From the NCBI GenBank assembly GCA_030390025.1, contig CM059432.1, forward strand, positions 33,420,001 through 33,484,000: a DNA stretch of 64,000 bases, read 5' to 3'. Positions 46,245-58,915 of the stretch are shown here, one piece after another. The position numbers and the translations under genes are program-made. The first letter of the stretch is position 1; every line of letters begins with the position of its first letter. A model generated the notes under the pieces. The model searched no databases, had not been told where the DNA came from, and worked only from the letters and a program-made list of their open reading frames with translations. Source of the stretch: Squalus acanthias. Its lineage: Eukaryota.

Positions 46245-47778
46245 GGAAGGATGGGAAGACCTTAGAGAGGGTGCAGAAAAGGTTTACAAGAATGGTTCCA
46301 GGGATGAGGGACTTCAGTTACGTGGATAGACTGGAGAAGCTGGGGTTGTTCTCCTTAGAGCAGAGAAAGTTGAGAGGAGATTTGATAGAGGTGTTCAAAA
46401 TCATGATAGAAACATAGAAAATAGGTACAGGAGTAGACCATTCGGTCCTTCGAGCCTGCACCGCCATTCAATGCGTTCATGGCTGAACATGCTACCTCAG
46501 TACCCCATTCCTGCTTTCTCGCCATACCCCTTGATCCCCTTAGTTGTGAGTGTTATATCTAACTCCCTTTTGAATATATTTAGCGAACTGGCCTCAACAA
46601 CCTTCTGTGGAAGAGAATTCCATAGATTCACCACTCTCTGGGTGAAGAAGTTCCTCCTCAGCTCAGTCCTAAATGGCTTCCCCTTAATCCTTAGACTGTG
46701 ACCCCTGGTTCTAGTTTTCCCTACCATTGGGAACATTCTGCCCGCATCTAATTTGTCTAAACCAGTCAGGATTTTAAATGTCTCTATAAGATCCCCCCTC
46801 ATTCTTCTGAACTCCAGAGGATACAAGTTCAGTTGACCCAATCTTTCTTGATATGTCAGTCCGGCCATCCCAGGAATCAATCTAGTGAACCTTCGCTGCA
46901 CTCCCTCAATAGCAAGAATGTCCTTCCTTAAGTTAGGAGACCAAAACTGCGCACAATACTCCAGGTGTGGCCTCACCAAGGCCCTGTACAACTGTAGCAT
47001 CACCTCCCTACTCCTGTACTCAAATCCCCTTGCTATGAAGGCCATCATTCCGTTTGCTTTCTTGACTGCCTGCTGCACTTGCATTCCCACCTTCAGTGAC
47101 TGATGTACCATGACGCCCAGGTCTCGTTGCACGTCCCCTTTCCCTAATCTGCCACCATTCAGGTAATAGTCCGCCTCTCTATTTTTACCACCAAAGTGGA
47201 TAACCTCACATTTATCCACATTGTACTTCATCTGCCATACATTTGCCCATTCACCCAACCTGTCCAAGTCACTCTGTAGCCTCCTAGCATCCTCCTCATT
47301 GTTCACACTGCCTCCCAATTTAGTGTCATCCGCAAATTTGGAGATATTACATTTAATCCCTTCGTCCAAATCATTAATATATAATGTAAACAGCTGGGGT
47401 CCCAGCACCGAACCCTGCGGTACCCCTGGGTCTAAGCAGAGTAGATAGAGAGAAACTGTTCCCATTGGCGGAATGGTCGAGAACCAGAGGACACAGATTT
47501 AAGGTGATTGGCAGAAGAATCAAAGGCGACATGAGGAAAAACCTTTTTACGCAGTGAGTGGTTATGATCTGGAATGCACTATCTGAAGTGTGGTGGGTGC
47601 AGATTCAATCATTGCTTTCAAAAGGGAATTGGATAAGTACCTGAAGGAAAAAAAATTGCAGGGCTACAGGGAAAGGGCGGGGGAGTGGGACTAGCGGAAG
47701 TGCTCTTGCAGAGAGCCTGCACAGGCTCGATGGGCCGAATGGCCTCCTTCTATGCTGTAACCATTCTATGATTCTAAT
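46245..47778 (+). mobile_element. CR1 3' fragment containing a younger antisense CR1 (about 46405-47428)
   Basis: Outer plus-strand pieces are collinear; the inner minus frame has GVPQGSVLGP, KFADDTK through KGYG uninterrupted (46497-47428). Confidence 0.92.
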
Positions 47779-47939
47779 TTGCTTATTGCTTTTGAACTAG
47801 CTCTTACAGTGTTTGTAGGAGTACTGGGTTGCTGTAAGAGATTTCAAAAGTTGTTAAAGTGTGCAGGGAGTGCTGCTGGATGTTGGGATGGCATTGACTG
47901 CTACTGGATGGCCTCTGAGTACACCACTTGCTCCCAGTC

Positions 47940-48295
47940 CTGGGGGCTCTAGTTACAGTCTCCATTGGGCTGCAGGGAGATGGTGAAGAGGCAGCAAAGA
48001 AGACAAGCTGCTCACAGAGGGAGGAGGAGGGCTCTCAGGAGGAGGCCTTACACACCTAAGGTCTTCAGGGAGCAGTGCTGCCTGCACCTATGCCATGAGC
48101 AGTGTGTTCGTCGACTCCGCTTCACCAAGAAGGTGGTCACAGAACTGTGCCACCTCTTGGAACCAGACCTGCAGCATCAGAGCAGGGCGATGATGGCACT
48201 CAAGGTGACTGTGGCCTTGAATTTCTTCGCCAACGGATCCTTCCAGGCAGAACCGGTGACAGAGCAAATATCTCGCAGTTCGCCGTCCATCACTG
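47940..48295 (+). pseudogene. Harbinger transposase N-terminal remnant (copy D)
   Basis: RRRPYTPKVFREQ, CVRRLRFTKKVVTELCHLL, KVTVALNFFANGSFQ; stops at a deletion junction. Confidence 0.9.
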
Positions 48296-50912
48296 CTACC
48301 CCACTGACTGTAGCATGGCTGGTGAAAGGCTGCTGACTTTCAGTGCACAAGAGTGCAGATGGCCTTGCGGAACAACCTCGAGCGGCTCTCGGTCTCAGAG
48401 GCCTGTCGGCAGACTGCGCCACCTCGGCATGGGTGGCAGCAGTCTGGGCTGGCTGGCTGACAGGCAACAGTAAGGGCATTGGCGGAGTGGCAGTGGTGGG
48501 AGAACGAATGCTGTCATCCTGAGAGAAGACAACAGGTTCATGCTCCATGGAGCCACTGCCGCTTCCCCCGGGACGGCGCCTCAGCAATCCTAGTAAATAG
48601 TTGGAGGACAGATTGTTGGACTGCTGTTACACCCTGCAAGTCCCTTTCAACACTGATAAATGCAGCCACGATGGCAGCAGTCTGAGCTTGTGTGGCAGCA
48701 AGCTGAGCCTGCACGGCAGCAGTCTGACCTTGCATGACAGAAGTCTGAGCTTCCACTGCAGCACTCAGATGTTGGGTTGCTTCCACTTGTGCTGAAATGA
48801 AAGCTGAGATGCGGCCATCAGACCCTGCATCATGGTTGGGTCCACAATTGCGCTAATGAAGTTGCCCATCACTTCCATCCTGGAAATTATGGGCTCCAAG
48901 CTCTGTGCAATGCCCTTTGCAAAATTGGTGCCGGACTCCTCCATGTTCCTTGACAGTGACAACAGGCTTTCTTGCAGGCCTGCCAATGCACCAAGCATTT
49001 CTGTGTGCATGATCATCAGCCTTCTTCTGTAGGCTGCCCCATCGAAGTCTTTATCTGAGTCCTCTGTAGCAGGACTCATGTGCGACCTTGCACTCCTGGG
49101 AGCTGGCACCTGCGCTAACCTTTCCCCCGGCCTGGCTACAGTCCACTCGTGCCCGGTGACTCACCACGGGCAGATCCCGCCTCTATACTACCCTCTAAAG
49201 TCCGCTCAGTGCCAGTATCTGAGCTGGTGCCTGCGAGTGTCAGATCAAGTGACGGTGTCCTTTCTTCTCCATCACTCTCCTCTTCCTGCACTGGCTGGCC
49301 AGGTTGATGTTCTTGAGTATCTGAAAGGAGAAAGGCACAAGGGTAGGCTTGTGGTGAGGGGAGGGGGAAAAGCAAGATGTGCATGCTTACACAATTAGCA
49401 GTTTGCAAGTGAGAAGAGATTGTGGGATGAGGGAGAAGTGGGATGTGAGAAGGAGGATTAGTTATGAGCATAGCGTCATCTTGAATGGTTTCAGCCTTGC
49501 TACTTGCCACGGCTCAGTGACGGCCAGTCCATTCATGTCGATTACCATCTCCTCCACCTAGGTAAGGACATGCAGGCTTGCCCATCCCCTGCCGGTTAGC
49601 TGCTGCTGCCTGAGATTATAGGCCACCTTGCCCTGCAAGAGAAAAGAAGGTGTGTCTATAGGTGATGTGTGTCAGTGAGTGTGGTGCAATGTGTTTGGGT
49701 GATGTGTGTCAGTGAGTGTGGTGCAATGTGTTTGGGTGAAGTGTGTCAGTGAGTGGGTGCAATGTGTTTGGGTGAAGTGTGTCAATGAGTGTGGGGCAAT
49801 GTCTATAGGTGATGTGTGTCAGTGAGTGTGGGGCAATGTGTTTGGGTGATGTGTGTCAGTGAGTGTGGTGCAATGTGTTTGGGTGATGTGTGTCAGTTAG
49901 TGCGGTGTAATGTGTTTGGGTGATGTGTGTCAGTGAGTGTGGTGCAATGTGTTTGGGTGATGTGTGTCAGTGAGTGTGGTGCAATGTGTTTGGGTGAAGT
50001 GTGTCAGTGAGTGTGGTGCAATGTGTTTGGGTGAAGTGTGTCAGTGAGTGTGGTGCAATGTGTTTGGGTGAAGTGTGTCAGTGAGTGTGGGGCAATGTCT
50101 ATAGGTGATGTGTGTCAGTGAGTGTGGGGCAATGTGTTTGGGTGAAGTGTGTCAGTGAGTGTGGTGCAATGTCTATAGGTGATGTGTGTCAGTGAGTGTG
50201 GGGCAATGTGTTTGGGTGATGTGTGTCAGTGAGTGTGGTGTAATGTGTTTGGGTGATGTGTGTCAGTGAGTGTGGTGTAATGTGTTTGGGTGATGTGTGT
50301 CAGTGAGTGTGGGGCAATGTGTTTGGGTGATGTGTGTCAGTGAGTGTGGTGCAATGTGTTTGGGTGAAGTGTGTCAGTGAGTGTCGTGTAATGTGTTTGG
50401 GTGATGTGTGTCAGTGAGTGTGGTGCAATGTCTATAGGTGATGTGCTTATCATGGTGAATAGTTGGTAGTGTGGACAAGGTGTGAGATGTGGGTGCGATT
50501 CTTGCGGCAGTGGTAAATGTGTGATCGTGAGGTGAAGCTATGAATGTGAGATATGAGTCGTGATTGATAGAGATTGTTGGTAGGTGAGTGATGGGGGTGT
50601 GATGCATTGAGCAGTTTGTGGGGCTAATGGTGCAGTTGGTGGGAGATGGCTTTTGAAGATGCATTCACTGACATTGACCACTCGTGTGAGGTCATTGGAC
50701 TTCTTTCAGCACTGGATCCCGGTCCTCGTGGCAACACTGCTAGCAGTGACCACTTCGGCTATCTGCTCCCACTGCCTTCTCACTGTGCATCTAGAGGGAC
50801 TCCTGGCCCCCTACAGGTAGAGGACCTGTCTCCTCCTTTCCACCCCCTGCGCTAAGGCCGCTAGTGCTGCGTCCGAGAACCTTGGTGCCCTTTCTCTGCC
50901 CTGGTGAGCCAT
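48296..50912 (-). pseudogene. Harbinger Myb/SANT-like gene, 3 exons, broken (copy D)
   Basis: MAHQGRERAPRFSDAALAAL from 50912; exons about 50912-50673, 49632-49475 and 49320-48296; MHTEMLGALA motif. Confidence 0.85.
49655..50445. repeat. 37-bp tandem repeat, about 21 copies, in Myb intron 1 of copy D
   Basis: ggtgatgtgtgtcagtgagtgtggtgcaatgtgtttg. Confidence 0.95.
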
Positions 50913-52037
50913 TATTCTTTCACAGTTGCCTTCTCAAGCAGCTCCAGCAGCTGCTGAATGCAGAATGCAGAATGCACTTCACCTTTAAGAGGTGCAGACT
51001 GCCTTTAAGAAGTGGAGGCTAGCTTTAAATAGAGCTAGCCTCGCACAAACTTCGGCCCCCTGCTGAGCGCTCAACCATTCAGCAGCACAATCAGTGCTGT
51101 AATCATGGTAATTAGCAGGCAGCATGAAGTTGCACGCTGCCTTCATTACTTTGAACAAGCGCGGGCTGATTGAGTATCGCGATTCCCGCACCCGTTTTCG
51201 TGCCTAATCAAATTTTTAGCCCTATGGCTCTTTGATAGGTGGTGCAGCTCCTGTTCTTTCAGTCTACTATCTCAATTGACAAAACCTGAGGCTCTTGCCT
51301 CCTCACTGCAACAAAGTTGAAGCTACTTTATTTTAAAAAGAATCAGCTCCTAAATGTTTTAATAATTATTTATTATTTACACATTTTTAGAAATCCTATT
51401 TCTTGTTATCACTGGTGTTGATTAAAAAAATAAGTCACTAACACGCTACCACTGCAGCTGCTGGCTGCTCAATATATAAAAGAAAAGACTTAAAGGTTTT
51501 TGGAGTTTATAGAAAACTCTAAATGTTTTGGCTTCTCTTTATTCCACTAGGAATTAATATTTTGCTGCCCGTTATTACTTCCATGATATTTTGCCCCTGG
51601 CTTGACAACAGAATACATAACTCTTGCCATTGCAGCTGCTGACTCCACAGTGCATTGAAGATGAAGTTTCCTTTTTACAGTATCAATAACAGTCTTGGAC
51701 GTTCCTCTATAGTGTGCTTCTGTTGTACTATTGATGCAGGGGCAGCCGATTGTTGGCGTTGTGCACTGTGTAGGTAATGTGCTGATGTCCTCATCACAAA
51801 CCTTTTCCTGTGGTGTGGGAGCCAGTGTTGATGGATTTAATGTGCATTGTTTTGCCTGGGTTCAGTTCTCCTGCTGTTGTATAGTGACGAAACAAAACAT
51901 TTCTCAATTATTAAAGCTCTCCGAATTAATCATTTTTTAACGTGTGCCACCTTTCAGTAGAATATTCTGTCTTCCACTGCTTTAAGGATTCTTGCCATCA
52001 CATTCTTCAGTTCAACATTACACTGGTCTTTGAGAGC

Positions 52038-53362
52038 AAGACTTACATTTATACAGTGCCTTTCATGACCTCAGGACATCCCAAAGCACTTTACAGCCAA
52101 TAAAACACTTTTGAAGTGTAGCTACTGTTGTAATGTAGGATACTGGCAGCCAATTTGTACACAGCAAGGTCTCACAATGAGATAAATGATAACAGAAATT
52201 AGTTAAATGCCCAGATAATCTGTCTTTAGGGGTTGGTTGAGGACTAAATATTAGCCAGGACACCGAGGAGCACTCCCCTGCACTTCTTCGAATAGTGCCG
52301 CAAGATCTTGTACGTGCATCGCAGAGGGCAGGTTTAACGTCTTATCCGAAAGACGGCACATCTGACAGGGCAGCAGTCTCTCTGTACTGCACCAAAGGGG
52401 GGAATTTTAACCTAAACAAAACAGGTGGGTTGGGGGAGTGGGGGGTAATTAAAGTGTTAAAAATTGAAATCCCGACCTCAACCTGCCTCCAACACGCCCA
52501 CTTCTGGTGTTAACGGAGGTGGGACGGGGGTTGGGCAGCCAGTCCGCTGCCAGGAGGCGGGTCGTCTATTTAAATATTATAATGAGGCTGAAAGCCTCTG
52601 CTTTAACCTCCATTTTAAATTTAACAGTGGCTGGTCAGGTTTTGCACGCCTTGTGAAACCCGCCAGCTAATGCAAGGCGAGGACTGCTGGATCCAGGAGA
52701 TAAGTGCCTTTACACTTACCTCCTGAATCCAGGGTCCCTGCCTAACCCATCCCCCCCAGGTCTCCGTTTCCCACGAGGCCACTCCCCGCCCCCCCCACCC
52801 CACTCCTTCGGCCCTCACTGTGCTGCTCCTCCAGCCCCCAATCCCTTCAGACTCCCCCCGTGCTGTTCCTCCAGCCCCCATCCCTTCAGATCCCACCCCC
52901 CACCATCCTCCTCCAGCCACCCCCTGGCCCCCGATCTTCTTCCCAGCCCCTGATCTTCTTGCTGACCCGGCTCCCCTCGATCCTCTTGCCGCTCCCGGCC
53001 CCTACACGATCTTCTACTGCACCCCCACACCCACCCCGATCTTCTTGCCGATCCCTCCCTCCTCTAGTGCCGCAGGCCTACTCGCCTGGAGCCAGCCAGC
53101 CTCTCAATCTGGCTGCCAGGAGGTGGGAAACAGAGGCTACTCATTCAAATCAGGTCTTGCCGTTAAATTCGGCAGGGCCTGCGGGAAACTCGTTCTCCCG
53201 GGTTTCCCGACCGCCTCGGAGCCCCCCTGCCCCCAACCCGCCTTCCCCATGAAAATCCAGCCCAAAGTGTTAGCCTATATTTTATGCTCAAGTCTCTGGA
53301 GTTGGACTTGAATCAAACAACCTTCTGATTCAGAGGCGGGAGTGCTACCACTTAGCTACAGC
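52038..53362 (-). mobile_element. Deu-domain SINE split by a MITE
   Basis: Collinear halves 52038-52396 and 53264-53362. Confidence 0.85.
52397..53263. mobile_element. Harbinger-type MITE
   Basis: TIRs ggggggaattttaa / tgaaaatccagccc, AAA TSD, C-rich core. Confidence 0.82.
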
Positions 53363-53459
53363 TAGAACTTTGCTTTCCATCTGCAATGGCATGAGACATT
53401 GCCTAGTGATATATTAAAATTCTTGAGTTGGTAATGCTGTCACTCTCCTTATCCTTTGA

Positions 53460-55001
53460 AATCAATGAGGAGGACAGACTTCTGGATGACATAGAAAGTC
53501 TGGTGAAATAGGCAGACACATGGCAGATGAAATTTAGAGCAGAGAAGTGTGAAGTGATACATTTTGGTAATGAGAAGAATGAGGAGAGGCAATATAAACT
53601 AAATGGTACAAATTTAAAGGGGTGCAGGAACAGAGGGACCTGGTTTTGTATGTACACAAATCTGAATGTCACAGGGCAAGTTGAGAAAGCTGTTAAAAAA
53701 GCACACGGGATCCTTGGCTTTATAAATAGAGGCTTTGGGCTGGATTTTGATACTGGGGCGGGTTGGGGTCGTGTTATCCACTTTTCGTGTTATCCACCCG
53801 ACTGCAATTGGATGTGGGAGATTGATGCAATTTTCACCTAATTGGGCAATTGAGTTCCAGCATGTGGGAACCCATGACCCAATTAGTGTTTTCAGTCTGA
53901 AAGTCACCTCTGATGATGTCATCATTGCTGCTGCATTGAAGGTCTTCAAACACTGCCTGGCCTTTGCTGTGAGAGGACCTGCAAAATGAGCAGCAGCAGC
54001 CCTAAGTCTGCTCCCAGATATTTTTATACCACCACTCCCAGATATGTCTCCTCCACATATCAGCCAGCCAGCCCCAAATGTGCTCCAGCCAGCCCCAAAT
54101 GTGCTCCCGCCAGGTTTCACAATCGTGGTTCAGAACAGGTGTGCTTCATGTAGAACAAGGGTTAAAATCACAAAGGCCTTTCAAAATGGCATTATAGAGC
54201 CAATTTAGTGCTTGTTAAGGGCCTTAACAGCCTATCCCGCCTCTTAAAGGCGGGTCGGAGTCGGGACCAGCGGACACGATTTAATGAAAATTGCGTGGAG
54301 GCGGGATGGAGGCGGGCTTGTGCCCGCCCGCCAGTTTTCGCAATTTTAACCCCCCACACGCCTCCAAACCCACCTCCACGGGTCAATGAAAATCCAGCCC
54401 ACAGAGTACAAAAGCAAGGAAGTTATACTAACCCTTTATAAAACACTGTTCAGGCGTCAGCTGGAGTATTGTGTTCAATCCTGGGCACCACACTTTAGGA
54501 AGGATGTCAAGATCTTGGTGAGGGTGCAAAAGAGATTTACTAGAATGGTACCAGGGATGAGGGACTTCAGTTATGTGGAGAGACTGGAGAAGCTGATGTT
54601 GTTCTCTTTAGAGAAGAAAAGGTTAAGAGAAGATTTAATAGACGTGTTCAAAATCACAAAGGATAGAGTAAATAAAGAGAATCTGTTGCCAGTGGTAGAA
54701 GGGTCGGTAACCAAAGGACACAGATTTAAGGTGATTGGCAAAAGAACCAGAGGCGATATGAGGAAAAAAAATTATGCAGTGAATTGTTGTGATCTGGAAT
54801 GCATTGCCTGAAAGGGTGGTGGAATCAAATTTAATAGTAACATTCAAAAGGGAATAAGATAAATACTTGAAGGGAAAAAAATTATAGGGCTACGGGGAAA
54901 TAGCAGGGAAGCTGGACTAATTGGATAGCTCTACCAAAGAGCTGGTAAGGCACGATGGGCCAAATGGCCTCCTTCTGTGCTGTATAAATATATGATTCTA
55001 T
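53460..55001 (+). mobile_element. CR1 3' fragment split by a MITE
   Basis: EKCEVIHFG, QLEYCVQSWAPHFRKD, CR1 tail. Confidence 0.9.
53737..54400. mobile_element. Harbinger-type MITE
   Basis: Perfect 12-bp TIR gggctggatttt / aaaatccagccc; interrupts CR1 agaggc|nnngagtacaaaagc. Confidence 0.85.
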
Positions 55002-55650
55002 GGGGGAATTTTAACCCCCAAGTACGGGTGGGTTGGGGGCAAGTGCGTAGCTTGGAATGTGACTGCAACCCGGTTCCAATGTGTCCACTGAAGGGTTTAA
55101 CGGAGGTGCGTTTAGATGCCTGTGAGTAAACTATTCGCCGCAGTTGGGACCTTAATTAGTGGAGGTAGGCTGGGATTTATCATAGCAATTAACATCCTTA
55201 TGATAAGTTAATTAGGTCTTTTTAAATTGAATATCACTCAAATTTAATCTCTCCAGAATGGCGCAGCTGAAGGGAGGTGATAACGGTTGGATGAAACAGG
55301 TTTGTTCTTTTCCATCACTGATTGTGGGCCAGGAGGAGCAGGAGTGCTTCCCCCTCCCCCCCCCCCCGGCGCCCCAAGCTACCCTGTAAACCACTCCACG
55401 ATCTGACCCCCTTGATCGGACCCCCACCCATGATCAGACCCCCGATGTCCAACTCACTTCCCGACCTCTGATGTCCAACTCTCCCCCCAACCTCCCCCCA
55501 ATCCCCAACCTCCCCAATCTCCCCCAACCTCCCCAATCTACCCCACTCCCCCCCCACCTCCCCTCCCCACCTCCCCCCCACATGTCCGACTCACCACCAC
55601 GCTGCTCCCCGGCTGCCTACCCGCCCGGCTGACAGCCAGCCTCTCAATCC
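55002..55650. mobile_element. Truncated Harbinger-type MITE in a CR1 tail
   Basis: gattcTAT then gggggaattttaaccc; body similar to 52397-53263; right TIR not seen. Confidence 0.65.
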
Positions 55651-56699
55651 TGTGACTTACAGTGAGCAGCATCGTGGGAGATCAGTTGGTAATATTATAA
55701 AAATTAGTGAGCGTTTCCTGTCTGTCTCACAGCGACACATAAAGTTTCACATTCAAAATTCTGAGTCACACTTAAAAAAAAAAGCTATAAATAAACAAAG
55801 GTAAAAACTTACAGAGAAACTCTCCAGGAACAGAAACTACTGGAATGAGAGGCTCTGAAATTCCACGCACTTCTTGTTCGCACCCATGACCTTGATTCAT
55901 ACCCTGGGGTTTTCCAGTGTAATCTCCCAGGAATTTCAGCCCTAAAATGTTGGTCGGCTCTTCATTGCTTTGCTAATCACACTTCAGTAAAATCAAACAA
56001 AGCAAGAGATGTGACCCTACAGCCCAGGTAGCAATTAAACTCTGAATGAATTCACCTAGTGTTTACTTAACAGCAATTACACAGAATTTACAGCACAGAA
56101 ACAGGTCTATGCTGCTATTTATGCTCCACATGAGCCTACTCCAACCCTACTTCATCTAACTCTATCAGTATATCCTTCTGTTCCTTCCTCCCTCATGTAC
56201 TTATCTAACATCCCCTTAAATGCACCTATGCAATCGCCATGTGGGAGCAAATTCCACATTCGAAGCAGTCTCTGGGTAAAGAAGTTTCTCCTGAATTCCT
56301 TATTGTTAGGCTTAGCTAGCCAAGGGACAGCTTCAACTTAACAGAAGAATAATGCCTTGTGTATTATATGGTGTAACATTTATGAAACAGTGGATCATCC
56401 ACATTACCTCATGCAGTGCCTCAGGTGATCATATATAAAAGTTTTCCACCTAGCTCAAGTCCACTTCAGATGTCAGACACCACATGTCGCCCCTTCTTAC
56501 AGATTCAAAACAATCTTAAAAAAGAAATAAAGCCAGTCATGAACCTGCAGCCCGAAATTTACAAACAGTTGCAATTGTCCTCTGATTGACCTCACCATTT
56601 TGCAATTACAGGTTAGTTGCTAACATTAAAATCGTGCTCCAGACCTCAGCGTATGCAGGAGTCACAGCAAGGAAGATCTGCTATGATTATACTGGTCAT

Positions 56700-58645
56700 G
56701 ATGCGGAGATTGACATGTATGCTCAAGCTGTCAGGAAATGCATCAACGCCAGATTCATCAGCCGCACTCACAAGACAGTCCAGAATGTCACCTGAGCACA
56801 ACGCAACGCCATCCATGCTCTCAAGACCAACCGCAACATCGTCATCAAACCAGCGGACAAAGGAGGAGCCATTGTCATACAGAACAGAATGGACTATTGC
56901 AAAGAAGCATACCGACAACTGGACAACCAGGAACACTACAGACAGTTACCCGCAGATCCAACCAAAGAACACACCCGCCAACTCAATAGACTGAGCAAGA
57001 CCTTTGATCCAGACCTCCAAAGCATCCTATGTGCTCTCATCCCACGTACTCCCCGCGTGGGAGACTTCAACTGCCTCCCAAAGATACACAAAGCCAACAC
57101 ACCCGGACGTCCTATCGTATCAGGCAACGGAACCCTGTGTGAGAACCTCTCTGGGTACATCGAGGGCATCCTGAAACCCATCGTACAGGGAACCCCCAGC
57201 TTCTGTCGCGACACTACAGACTTCTTACAGAAACTCAGCACCCATGGACCAGTTGAACCAGGAACACTCCTCGCCACGATGGACGTATCGGCACTCTACA
57301 CCAGTATCCCCCACGATGACGACATCGCTGCGACAGCCTCAGTACTCAACACCAACAACAGCCAATCTCCCGATGCCATCCTACAACTCATCCGCTTCAT
57401 CCTTGACCACAATGTCTTCACCTTCGACAACCTGTTTTTTACCCAAATACACGGAACAGCCATGGGGACCAAATTCGCACCCCATTACGCCAACATCTTC
57501 ATGCACAAGTTCAAGCAAGAGTTCTTCGCTGCACAGGACCTCCAACCAACGCTGTATACCAGATACATCGACGACATCTTCTTCCTTTGGACCCACAGCG
57601 AAAGATCACTGAAAGGACTACATGATAACATCAACAGGTTCCATCCCACCATCAAACTCACCATGGACTACTCCTCAGAATCGGTTTCATTCTTGGACAC
57701 ACGAATCTCCATCAAAGACGGACACCTCTGCACTTCACTCTACCGCAAGCCCACGGACAACCTCATGATGCTCCACTTCTCCAGCTTCCACCCTAACCAC
57801 GTTAAAGAAGCCATCCCCTATGGACAAGCCCTGCGAATACACAGGATCTGCTCAAACGAGGAGGAACGCGATGGACACCTATGGACGCTGAAAGACGCCC
57901 TCATAAGAACGGGATATGACGCTCGACTCATCGATCGACAGTTCCGACGGGCACAGCGAAAAATCGCATAGACCTCCTCAGAAGGCGAACACGGGACACA
58001 ACCAACAGAGTACCCTACGTCGTCCAGTACTTCCCCGGAGCGGAGAAACTACGCCATGTTCTTCGCAGCCTTCAACATGTCATCGATGATGATGAACACC
58101 TTGCTAAGGCCATCCCCACGCCTCCACTACTCGCCTTCAAGCAGCCGCCTAACCTCAAAAGTACCATCGTTCGCAGCAAATTACCCAGCTGTCAGGAGAA
58201 CAGCGACCACGACACCACACAACCCTGCCACGGCAACCTCTGCAAGACATGCCAGATCATCAACGCAGATACCATCATCACACGTGAGGACACTACCCAC
58301 CAGGTACATGGTACATACTCATGTGACTCGGCCAATGTTGTCTACCTCATACGTTGCAGGAAAGAATGCCCCGCAACATGGTACATCGGCGAGACCATGC
58401 AGACACTGAGACAACGTATGAACGGACACTGCGCAACAATCACCAGGCAGGATTGTTACCTCCCAGTCGGGGAACACTTCAGCAGTCAAGGACATTCAGC
58501 CTTGGATCTGCGGGTTAGCGTTCTCCAAGGCGGCCTTCGAGACACATGACAACGCAAAATCATCGAGCAGAAACTGATAGCCAAGCTCCGCACCCATGAG
58601 GACGGCCTCAACCGGGATCTCGGTTTCATGTCATGCTACAGTACG
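56700..58645 (+). pseudogene. Penelope-like RT / GIY-YIG ORF with a few stops and frameshifts
   Basis: IKPADKG, LPKIHK, GRPIVS, MDVSALYTSIP, GTAMG, RYIDDIF, FLD, LYRKPT; after a shift near 57960, PCHGNLCKTC and VYLIRC...WYIGET. Confidence 0.92.
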
Positions 58646-58880
58646 TGACTCGACGTCATTGTCTGGTTCACAAATGTGATTTCCAGTTTTTAAAAAAAAG
58701 TAAAAAGCTTAACTGCAGACTGCAGCATTTGACACGTTGGACCCCCTGTGACCCCACCTCATTGTCTTAGCTGTACTCTGCTGTGTCTTTGATGTAATGC
58801 CTCCCTGACGGATTGTATCTCTGCAGACACATTGTTCTCTGTCTATATATACTTTGTAACCGATTTGTATTCCCTCACTG

Positions 58881-58915
58881 TACCTGACGAAGGAGCAGAG
58901 CTCCGAAAGCTCGTA
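58881..58915 (+). ncRNA. Minimal type I hammerhead ribozyme motif
   Basis: tac-CTGACGA-a-ggagc aga gctcc-GAAA-G-CTC-gta. Confidence 0.75.

Larger units (their letters stand above)
45874..51222. mobile_element. Harbinger transposon, opposite orientation, internally deleted (copy D), with nested CR1s
   Basis: TIRs ggctgggaaattt / aaatttttagccc, TAC/TAT flanks; transposase 5' part on plus, Myb gene on minus. Confidence 0.88.

Noticed and set aside
56889..57971. Telomerase or retroviral RT
   Set aside because: GTAMG and YIDD motifs, a downstream GIY-YIG, a hammerhead motif and a TSD indicate a Penelope-like element; no LTR, gag or integrase
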